Of a stretch of DNA of 64,000 nucleotides, positions 50,881 to 61,000 are shown one piece after another. The translations under genes were made by a program, and so were the position numbers. Location: contig NC_043006.1 in assembly GCF_006345805.1 (NCBI RefSeq), forward strand, positions 70,494,001-70,558,000, written 5' to 3'. The stretch comes from Octopus sinensis. Its lineage: Eukaryota. How positions within the stretch are numbered: the stretch's first letter is position 1; every line of letters starts with the position of its first letter. The notes beneath the pieces are model-generated. The model did not search any database and was not told where the DNA came from. It saw nothing but the letters and a program-made list of their open reading frames with translations.

Positions 50881-51106
50881 TATATTTAAGAGATGAGGAA
50901 TTATGTACATTATTTACATTTGACAGATATTTGTCCTCATATTGTTTGTTATTACACAACATTTTGGCTGATATACCCTCCAGCCTTCATCAGGTGTCTT
51001 GGGGAAATTTTGAACCTGGGTCCTCATTCCTAAGGTATTTTTCGATGTTGTTGTTGTTGTTGTTGTTCTTCTTCTTCTTCTTCTTCTTCTTCTCTTCTTC
51101 TTCTTC

Positions 51107-51159
<53 letters not shown>

Positions 51160-51446
51160 CTCAGTGCCTGGAATTGAACTCTGAATCTTGGAGTTAGTTA
51201 CCTGCGCTCTTAACCACTACACCATATGCACAAGGGTAACCACTATGCCATATGCCCATGGGCATATGGCGTAGTGGTTAAGAGTGCGGGCTACTAACCC
51301 CAAGATTCTGAGTTTGATTCCAGGCAGTGATCAGAATAATAATAACATCGAAAAATACCTTAGGAATGAGAACCCAAGTTCAAAATTTCCCCAAGACACT
51401 GATGAGGACAAATATCTGTCAAATATAAATAATGTAAATAATGTAC
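50881..51446. mobile_element. Palindromic tRNA-head + hammerhead element (copy 2, intact axis)
   Basis: Perfect 24 bp palindrome GCCATATGCCCATGGGCATATGGC (51247-51270). A box TGGCGTAGTGG (51267-77) and B box GAGTTTGATTCC (51310-21), mirrored on the minus strand. Confidence 0.8.
50954..50998 (-). ncRNA. Degenerate minimal type I hammerhead (left arm of copy 2)
   Basis: Reverse complement: GACAC CTGATGA A GGCTG-N10-CAGCC AAAA TGT T GTGT. Differs from a canonical motif by two CpG-type transitions (G12>A, ACGT>ATGT). Confidence 0.65.
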
Positions 51447-51499
51447 AAAATGTTTCTATTACATAGATTACATATATTATCATATCACATCTTGATATA

Positions 51500-51815
51500 A
51501 TGGCTCAGTGGTTAAAGCATTGGACTCACAATCATGAGGTACTGAGTGCGATTCCCAGGCCGGGCTGTGTGTTGTATCCTTGAGCAAAATACTTTATTTC
51601 ATGTTGCTCCAGTTTACTCAGCTGTAGAAATGAATATTGGCTGTGTTGGCCTTTGCATTTCCCTTGGATAACATCAATAACATAGAGAGGGAGGCTGGTT
51701 TGCATGGGCAACTGCTGGCCTTCTATAAACAAACTTTCCCAGATTTGTGCCTCGGAGGGTAACTGACTTGGTGCAATCCCATGGTCATTCGTAACAGAAA
51801 GGGTCTTTATTCTTT
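51500..51815 (+). mobile_element. SINE family E
   Basis: TGGCTCAGTGG A box, shared core, family E tail. Confidence 0.75.
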
Positions 51816-52112
51816 ACCTTTTACCTTGATACTGTGTGGACTGAGACCTCTGTTGACAGGCCCCTGATATTTAAAAACAAAGTGTTAACACTTATGGTTT
51901 ACAAATTAGTAGCTCCAGTTTCCTGTAGCTACTGAAATTGTTGAGTATATAAACAGGATTGGCTGTTTCTTTCACTGGAATTGGTAAAATTGATGTAAAC
52001 GCCTCTAACGAGAGTCCAATAAGATTTGATAATCGATTAAGATTGTTTGTCATTTTTTTTCAGTCTACAGAGAAATAGCTAAATTAGCCCTGTTTGTAAA
52101 TCTATTATATAT

Positions 52113-52171
<59 letters not shown>

Positions 52172-52308
52172 TAGTAATGGTATGACAACAAAAGAATGAT
52201 TGAGACCTCGATATTATGTAAATAGAGGAATTTATCTCTATCTGTTGCATATATGTATGTGTGTGTGTATTTATACACATACACACACGCACACATATTA
52301 ATGTATAT

Positions 52309-53018
52309 AAAGGGTGCGGCAGAAGTAGCATCCTTTTGTATTCAAGTTTTCTGGTTTCTGATTGAATTTCTTTTTTCATCTAAAAACTTCTTTAATTCTT
52401 TTCATTAGTTTATTATTTGTTTCTTTAAGTAATGCAATAAATTTGTGTTCAATAAAAAGATTACGCAGGAGTGGCTGTGTGATAAGTAGCTTGCTTACCA
52501 ACCAGTGTTCAGTCTCACTGCATGACACCTTGGACAAGTGTCTTCTACTATAGCCTCAGGCCAACCAAAGCCTTGGTAGACGGAAACTGAAAGAAGCCTG
52601 TCGTATGTATATATGTGTATATATATGTAGTGGCTGTGTGGTAAGTAGCTTGCTTACTGACCACATGGCTCTGGGCTCAGTTCCACTGCGTGGCACCTTA
52701 GCCTTGAGGCCGACAAAAGCCTTGTGGGTGGATTTGGTATACGGAAACTGAAAGAAGCCTGTCGTATATATATATATATATATATTTCTTTACTACCCAC
52801 AAGGGGCTAAACACAGAGGGGTCAAACAAGGACAGACAAACGGATTAAGTCGATTACATCGATCCCAGTGCGTAACTGGTACTTAATTTATCGACCCCGA
52901 AAGGATGAAAGGCAAAGTTGACCTCGGCGGAATTTGAACTCAGAATGTAGCGGCAGACGAAATACGGCTACGCATTTCGCCCAGCGTGCTAACGTTTCTG
53001 CCAGCTCACCGCCTTTTG

Positions 53019-53049
<31 letters not shown>

Positions 53050-53300
53050 CTGTGTGTTTACCCTCACTATGGTGTGTTTACGTCCCCGTAACTTAGCACT
53101 TTGGTAAAAGAGACCGATAGCATAAGTACTAGGCTTACAAAAAATAAGTCCTGGGTTCGATTTGTTCAACTAAAGGCAGTGCTCCCGCATGGCCACAGTC
53201 AAGTGACTGAAACAAGTAAAAGACTAAAGGAATAATATACATTTATATACTATAGAAGTTATTAAATGCAAAAAGGGCATTACTTCTGTCACACCCTGTA
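52309..53300. mobile_element. Old Tc1/mariner MITE inflated by nested SINEs
   Basis: Left AGGGTGCGGCAGAAGTAGCATCCTTTT vs right end in reverse complement CAGGGTGTGACAGAAGTAATGCCCTTTT, with TA flanks; 52466-53225 is family A and D SINEs. Confidence 0.5.
52787..53015 (-). mobile_element. SINE family D, alternative tail (young)
   Basis: CpG-rich; inserted in the (TA)n of a family A copy. Confidence 0.85.
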
Positions 53301-53309
53301 TATATATCA

Positions 53310-53635
53310 TCGTGGGACTCCATCGCTTACGACGATAAGGGTTCCAGTCGATCCGATCAACGGAACAGTCTGTTCGTGAAATTAACATGCAAGTGGCTGA
53401 GCACTCCACAGACACGTGCACTTTTAATGTAGTTCTCAGAGAAATTCAGCATGACACGGAATACGACAAGGCTGGCCTTTTGAAATACACAAATAATTTA
53501 ATTTTGCCAGCTGAGTGGACCAAGGCAACATGAAATAAAGTGTCTTGCTCAAGGACACAGCATGCTGCCAGGAATTGAACTCACGACTTTAAGATTACGA
53601 GCCGGTTACCCTAAATGCTAAGCCATGTGCCTTCA
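53310..53635 (-). mobile_element. SINE family C
   Basis: Reverse-complement match to 58255. Confidence 0.75.
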
Positions 53636-53890
53636 CACACGCATGCACACACACACATTCTTTCTTTTGTTCTTTTATTTGTTTCAGTCACTTGACCGTG
53701 GCCATGCTGGAGCACTGCCTTTAGTCGAACAAATCGACCCTAGGACTTATGCTTTGTAAGCTTAGTACTTATTCCATCAGGTTCTTTTGCTGATATGCTA
53801 ACTTATGGATACACCAGCATTGATTATCAAGCGATGGTGTGGGAACAAACACAGATACACAAACATATACACACATACATACACACATAC

Positions 53891-54099
53891 AATACCCTTA
53901 CATATCTCAAGTCTGTTTTCATTCCTCCACTTCACTCTGTATTTCATATCTTCTCTATAATAACTATTACTTAAACATTTTCTCGCACCGTCTCTGATGA
54001 AGGGATATATAAAATATCCTGGAAACAGCTGTAAGACCTTTTCTTGATAAATGTTATGAAATCTATTTACTGCTTTGGTTTTTTGATCTCATTCTGTCA

Positions 54100-54105
<6 letters not shown>
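53891..54105 (+). mobile_element. Hammerhead-bearing element (putative PLE pseudo-LTR)
   Basis: Unique block between microsatellites containing the HHR at 53990; its tail is shared with 34883. Confidence 0.6.
53990..54037 (+). ncRNA. Minimal type I hammerhead ribozyme
   Basis: GTCT CTGATGA A GGGATAT-ATAAA-ATATCCT G GAA ACAGCTGT A AGAC. Intact core, palindromic stem III, GUA site (cut after 54033). Confidence 0.7.
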
Positions 54106-54135
<30 letters not shown>

Positions 54136-54239
54136 ATAATAAAGGGTGAAATCAATTAATTAATTTAGAAATAATCATTAATTTCACCAAGTAGAGTTCA
54201 GCATGTAAAAGACCCATTCAAGGGGTCAATATATATTGA

Positions 54240-54570
54240 CTGTGCCGGTAAATATATAAAAAGCACCCTGTGCCGGTGTCACGTAAAAAGCACCATCCGA
54301 ACATGGCCGATGCCAGCGCCGCCTTGACTGGCTTCTGTGCCGGTGGCACATAAAAAGCACCAACCGATCGTGGACGCTGCCAGCCTCCCCTGGCACGTAA
54401 AAAGCACCCACTACATTCATGGAGTGATTGGCGTTAGGAAGGGCATCCAGCTGTAGAAACACTGCCAGATCAGACTGGAGCCTGGTGCAGCCTCTTAGCT
54501 TTCCAGATCCCGGTCAAACCATCCAACCCGTGCTAGCACGGAAAACAGACGTTAAACGATGATGATGATG
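54240..54570 (+). mobile_element. RTE-tail element, family F, with ~4 subrepeats
   Basis: Repeated AAAAAGCACC units, then the RTE 3' end. Confidence 0.85.
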
Positions 54571-56979
54571 ATATATATATATGAGAGGTATTAGTATCTA
54601 GAATATATATATACATGACAGGATTCTTCCAGTTTCTTTGTACCAAATCCACACTTAGGGCCTTAGTTGGCTCGACACTATAGTAGAAGACACTGCCCTA
54701 GGTACCATGCAGTAGGACTGAACCCAGAACCATGTGATTGGCAAGCAAACTTCTTAACCACACTGTCTCTGATAATGTTGTTACTGCTGTTGTTTCTGGT
54801 GCAACAGCTGCAGTTGATGTCACTGTCACAGTGACTCTTGTGTTGCTGTTGCTGCTTGAGTCTTTAAGTGTTGTTGCTGTTGTTGTTGTTGTTGTTGTTA
54901 CTGCTATAACCTATCTAAAAGATCTCTGTTCTACCTCCACCACCTCCACTCCCACCACGACTAAAAACTCATCACTTTGCAGATAAGACAAATGTCTTTC
55001 AGTTTGCTTGCTTCCTTCTAGAATGAAGGGAGGGTTACTTTAGGGAACTAGGCTGGGAGGGCGGGTGATGGTGATGGTGGTGGTGGTGGTTGTGGTGGTG
55101 TAATTTGTTTTTACTATGGGTTCAGTAGTGAGAGGAGGGAGTTATATAACTGTACACATATACACACACACACACAGACATAGCATTTATATACTCATAT
55201 CAATGTATATACATGTACATTTATGCATAATTACATACATATAAATGTATATATTTATATATATATATATTATATATATATATATAATATATATATATAT
55301 TCAATATATGGTGTGTATGTAATGTGTGTATATATATATATATATATGCACACATATTTAGATATATTTATGTATGTTTACGCACATCATCATCATCGTT
55401 TAACGTCCGTTTTCCATGCTAGCATGGGTGTGTGTGTGTGTATATATGCACACACACATATTTAGACATATTTATGTATGTTTACACACACACACACACA
55501 CATATACTTATGTATATATATATATATATATGTATGTGAGCATACACCATGTGTGTGTGTGCACGTATGTATGTATATATATATACACACACACTTGTGT
55601 AGTGTGTAGTCTGTACTTGTATGTTTATTATGAGAACCGTTGCACTCTAAAGTAGAGTATAATCTGCCCTTGTGTGTTCAGTGTGGGAGCACGCAGCTGT
55701 ATTTTAATGGAGAATGTACCCTGTCCTTGTATGGTTTGAAGAATAACTGGTACAGGGATCACCTACTCTACTGAAGGTATTCGAGTCCTCTGTTGTAGTA
55801 AAGACTGTTTGCCAACATAACATGGCAGTCCTGGTTTAGGACTAATGTTGCTGTAATTTAGCCCTAGGAGACATCATTTCCAGCTGGCTATATGACATGA
55901 TCTGTGTCCTTATATTTTAGAACAATCTTTACTACAAAGTACTGTTGATGAATATCTCATGTTGTGAGATTTGAAAATGGTAATTTTCTAATCCTCTCTT
56001 GTAGTTTGTTTTATTTCTTTTATGAATTAGTAACAGAAGTTGTTGGAAGGTCATTGCTTCTGTAAGTCCTTGCTTGGAAGATCTGGGGAAATTGGTGCAT
56101 GTTCACCTTGAACGTCTGTAAATAAATACCTGTAGGAACATTGAATATGCATCTTATATGGGTGATAAAATGCAGTTGAGGGTATCTAGATATCTGAATA
56201 GCTGGTTCAGAAGAGCAGAGGCTGTAATAGCAGTGGTAAATGAAGCAGTGAGAGGGTACTGCATGTGTGTGATTCAATGGCTGCTGTATATTGGTGAGTG
56301 AATTTTTGGCTGTGTAATATCATGGTATTGCCTTCTTCTGATTACCTCAATATCCATTTGTCTATTCATATGAAACTATTAATAAATGTGTGTGTGTGTG
56401 TGTGCGTGTAAAGTATGAGAGTGTTTGTGGTTTTAGTAGCAGGAAATGCATTGATATATTTGGTCTTCTTGTGATCTTGAAGCTTAGCTTTCCATTCAGC
56501 GCCATAGGGTTCTGTTGGCAGTTTGAAATATGAGCTTCAGTGAGTTCACACACTGACCCCTGACTACCAACACACTGACCTTATGACCTCTGCACGGATG
56601 TGCAGGTCATTAAGCCCATAGCTTCCTTCCTTTTATTTCCATGAGTGTGGTGATGGTGTGGTGGTGGTGGTGGTGGTCATGTGTAGTGTTGCATGCAGTG
56701 TTAATGGTGGTGGTGATGGTTGTGGTGGTGTCCATGGTGATAGAAGTGGTCATAATGGCTGTGTAAATAGTTGTAATGTTTTCCTGTGTTTTAATGTTAA
56801 TGGAGATGATCGCTTTAGTGGCTGCTCTTGATGTTGTGTTGGTGTTGTTTAGCCCTGGGTCAGCCCTAATCAAGCGGGCTTGTGGTCAAAAACACTTCAG
56901 CCATGACAATCTAGCCATTTTTTTTCCATATACAGAGAGCCCGGGCCTTGTTATCTAGTGTCTTTTTCTAGGACTGTGA

Positions 56980-57500
56980 AGGTGTATGGCTCAGTGGTTA
57001 CGGTGTTGGGCTCACAATCATGAGATACTAAGTTCAATTCATTGATCGGGCTGTGTGTTGTGTTCTTGAGCAAGACGCTTTATTTCAAAATGCTCCAGTT
57101 CACTCAGCTGTAGAAATGAGCTGTGACCGTCACTGGTGCCAAGCTGTATCAGCCTTTGCCTTTCCCTTGGATAACATCAGTGGTGTGGCGAAGGGAGGCC
57201 GGTATGTATGGGCAACTGTTGGTTTTCCATAAACAACCTATTTCTTTATTACCCACAAGGGGCTAAACATAGAGGGGACAAACAAGGACAGATATAGGTA
57301 TTAAGTCGATTACATCGACCCCAGTGCTTAAGTGGTACTTAATTTATTGACCCCGAAAGGATGAAAGGCAAAGTCGACCTCAGCGGAATTTGAACTCAGA
57401 ACGTAACGGCAGACGAAATACCGCTAAGACTTGTGCCTCAGAAAGGAACTTTCTGGGTGCAATCCCATGGTCATTCATGACTGAAGGAAGTCTTTGCTTC
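56980..57500 (+). mobile_element. SINE family E with a nested family D copy (57240-57428, minus)
   Basis: The family E tail stops at ...ATAAACAACC and resumes at GACTTGTGCCTC. Confidence 0.75.
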
Positions 57501-57666
57501 TTTAGCCTTTCTAGGACTGTAGGGAAATTTGGTTGTTGCATTGATAGGGTAGTAGTGGTGGTGTCATAGTGTTGGCTGTTGCATTGATAGGGTTCATGGT
57601 GGTGTTATGATGTTATTGTATAACCCTTGGTCAGTCTTGTACCTAAAAAAGAAACAGATATATTAA

Positions 57667-57859
57667 CCCTTTAGCATTCAGATCACTCTATGAAATGTAA
57701 TACTTATTTATTCACATTGTTCTGAATTAATCATGCATTATCTTGTTAGTTTCAAGATTTTAACGATGCAATTAATTCAGCTTAGACTGGCATTGTAAGG
57801 TTGATGTGAGAGGCTGGATAATATTTGGGACAGATGTGGCTGGTTTAAATACCAAAGGA
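57667..57859. mobile_element. piggyBac-type MITE, copy 1
   Basis: TTAA^CCCTTTAG ... CCAAAGGA^TTAA (TTAA at 57663-66 and 57860-63). Confidence 0.75.
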
Positions 57860-58074
57860 TTAACTCTTTAGCATTCAGATTATTTCGTCAAATGTAATTC
57901 TTATTTATTTGCATTATTTTAGATTAATCATGCATTATCTCATAGGTTCAAGATTTCAATGATGTGATTGTTTGCTTCTAGAATAACATTACAGGGTAGG
58001 TGTGAGAGGCAGGATTTGGCTCGTTTGAATATAAAACAAGTAGAATATTTGGGCTAGATAAGGCTGGTTTACAC

Positions 58075-58561
58075 AGGGTTCCGCAAAAGGTTGCTAGGGG
58101 TTCCGTGAGAAAGAATGAGATAAGTTAATGCTAATTTCATGATTGTAATACTAAAATACATGCACAACATCTTGTTGGTTATTGTAATGTTGTAATATAG
58201 ACATCCTATCTAACCTATTATGATATCTAAAAAATATAACAACCATATGTGTGTGAAGGCGCATGGCTTAGTGGTTAGGGCATGCAGCTCACGATTGTAA
58301 GGTTGTGAGTTCGATTCTTGGCGATGCGGTGTGTCCTTCAGCAAGACACTTTATTTCACGTCGCTCCAGTCCAAAAATGGCAAAAATGAGTTGTGCCTGT
58401 ATTTCAAAGGGCCGGCCTTGTCACGCTGAGTCTCTCTGAGAACTATGTTATGGGTACACGTGTCCATGGATTGCTTAGTCACTTGCACATTAATTTCACA
58501 AGCAGGCTGTTCTGTTGATCGTATCAGCTGGGACCCTCGTCGTCGTAACTGACAGAGTGCT

Positions 58562-58597
<36 letters not shown>

Positions 58598-58654
58598 ATT
58601 TATCACATGAACTACGATGAAAAAAATATGAGAAAGATATGTTGAGAAACACTG
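58075..58654. mobile_element. hAT MITE remnant lacking the left TIR
   Basis: GGGGTTCCG subterminal motifs and right TIR GTTGAGAAACACTG. Confidence 0.6.
58255..58563 (+). mobile_element. SINE family C nested in the hAT remnant
   Basis: A box TGGCTTAGTGG, B box GAGTTCGATTC, family C tail. Confidence 0.8.
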
Positions 58655-58879
58655 CACTAAAGGATTAAGAGTAGAGGATAGGTTGACTCATTTCTCTCAG
58701 AATATATGCCTTCCAATACTTGTTCCAGGTCTTCAAGCTCTGAGTTCAATTCCCATCAAAGTCAACTTTGCATTTCATGGTCAATAAAAGTGATTTCCTT
58801 TACCTAACCTCTCCTCAAAATTGCTGTACTTGTACCTAAATGAAAAAAAAAAAAGTAGGCATTTATTTAATATTATTTT

Positions 58880-59070
58880 AGGGTGGTGAAATGGTGGAGT
58901 CGGTAGAGCTTTGGAAGAAGTGCTTTATGGTATTTGTTCAAGCCAGTTGTACCTTTTGTCCCTCCAGCATCAATAAAATGAAGTGCATGGGGAAATAATG
59001 CGGTTGAAGTAATTGACAAACCCACATCCCTCACAAAATTGCTGGCCTTGTGCGTAAATTAGAAACACTT
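58880..59070 (+). mobile_element. SINE family D (diverged)
   Basis: GGGTGGTGAAATGG head ... GCTGGCCTTGTGCGTAAATTAGAAAC tail. Confidence 0.55.
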
Positions 59071-59394
59071 ACCGTCACCACCATCAGCAGCAACAGCAGC
59101 ATCAGTCAGTACTAGTGGAAGTAGTAGTAGTAGTAGTAGTTGAGATGTAGAATGATGTAAGAAACAAATGATGATGGTGGTGGTGGTTGTAGTAGTATTT
59201 ATGTGAGAATACCACCACCACTACTACTACTACTACTATTTGGTCTTTTGTGGAGGAAGGGGCATTGTAGACCTTCTCAGACCAGTGGTCTGTTATGTTG
59301 TGGTGTTCATTCCTATCCAAATGGTTATCACCAAACATGGTTTACTGCTGGAAAAATCTGGTTTTGATATTTCTGTTGTAACTGTATAATGATG

Positions 59395-60045
59395 GTAGTA
59401 TATATAGAAGGTTGTAATGGTGTAGTGGTAGTGTATTGGAGATTGTAGTAGTGGTAGTGTGTAGGAGATTGTAGTACTGGTAATGTATAGGAGGTTGAAG
59501 TGGTGTAGTTGTAGTGTATAAGAGGTTGTAGTGGTGGTAGTGTATAGGAGGTTGTTGTGGTAGTGTATAGGAGGTTGTAGAAGTGGTAGTGCATAGGTTG
59601 AAGCGATGTGGTGGTAGTATATAGGCGGTTGTTGCGGTGATAGTGTATAGGAGGTTGTTGTTGTGGTGGTAGTGTATAGGAGGCTATGTGGTAGTGTACA
59701 GGAGGTTGTATTGGTGTGGTGGTAGTGTATAGGAGATTTTAATGGTGGTAGTGTATAGGAGGCTGTAGTAGTGGTAATATATAGGAGGTTGAAGTGGTGT
59801 GGTAGTAGTGTATAGGAGGTTGTAGTGGTGGTAGTGTATAGGAGGTAGTATTGGTGATAGTGTATAGGAGGTTGTAGTGGTGATAGTGTATAGGAGGTTG
59901 TTGTGGTAGTGATAGTATATAGGAGGTTTTTGTGGTGTGGTAGTGCATAGGAGATTGTAGTGGTGTGGTGGTAGTGTATAGGAGGTTGTAGTTGTAGTTT
60001 GATGCTGTGATGTTATAGGTGGTGGTGTTAGTGTATAGGAGATAG
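59395..60045. repeat. Minisatellite, unit ~GTGGTAGTGTATAGGAGGTTGTA, ~24 copies
   Basis: TATAGGAGG-like core counted about 24 times at 23-31 bp spacing. Confidence 0.9.
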
Positions 60046-60479
60046 TAATGGTTATATAATACTGTCTTGTTATAGATAGTGGTTGTAGTATTGTGTATAG
60101 TAGGTAGTATTGGTGGTATGGTACTGTGATGCTATAGACACTAGTAGTTTATGTTATATTGCTGTGTATAGGGAGCAGTGGTGATGGTAGTGTCATACTG
60201 GGATGTATATGTAGTAGTAGAGCTGTTCTGCTATGCTGTACAGGTGGTGGCAATGGTGGTGGTGATGGTGGTGGTTGTTGTGGTATGCTGTTGCATTTTA
60301 AGGATTCCTCCATGTGTGAATCCCTATAAATTCCTCAGTGGTGAAGGGGTTGGTTGGAAGGGGGACATGGTTTGTGTCCCCAGAATCATTTCATGGAATC
60401 AACAAATACATTCCATTGCAACTCCAACCCCGGCCCCCACCTCACTGCCACCTTCTGCCACTACCACCTTCACATACCA

Positions 60480-61000
60480 CAAACCACACGTATTGCATAC
60501 CACTACTGCTATACCATCATCACATACCACACGCCACTACCACCAACACCACCACTACTGCTACTATCCCCCCCACCACTACCACTGCCATTACATCATT
60601 ATTACCACCACTATCACTATGACTACTACCATCACCTCTACTACCACTACCATCACCACCACCACCACCATCATTACCACCACTACCACTATCACTGCTA
60701 CCACTACCACCATCACTACCACCACCAACACCACCACTACTACCATCACCACCGCTACCACCACCATCACCACTACTACCACCATCACCACCACTACACA
60801 GTACTACATTGCTACACTCCATCACAACACCACCACATCATCGCCATCATATTCCCTACTACATCATCGCTACCACAATTTCCACTAAACCACCACCACT
60901 ACTGTCACTACTGTATCATCATCACATACCACAACAGTATCCCTGCCAATACCAACACCAACACCAACACCATCATCGTTATTATTATTTTCCCTTCCTT
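60480..61000. repeat. (ACC)/(ACT) trinucleotide field
   Basis: Direct reading; source of the 392 aa poly-His ORF. Confidence 0.85.

Larger units (their letters stand above)
57864..58664. mobile_element. piggyBac-type MITE, copy 2, with nested insertions
   Basis: Shares TTAA 57860-63 with copy 1; breaks at ~58074 and resumes CACTAAAGGA^TTAA (58665-68). Confidence 0.7.

Noticed and set aside
4786-50998. Arm-specific diagnostic variants in the palindromic family (both plus-strand left arms read AAAATGT)
   Set aside because: The changes are at CpG sites and do not track with the long-tail arm, so parallel decay is the simpler explanation.
50571-51197. 208 aa plus-strand ORF
   Set aside because: Crosses a SINE tail, an unclassified repeat, a palindrome arm and microsatellites; a chance open frame.
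51262-51335. tRNA gene call
   Set aside because: A and B boxes are present but acceptor and anticodon stems are not intact; treated as a SINE-type head.
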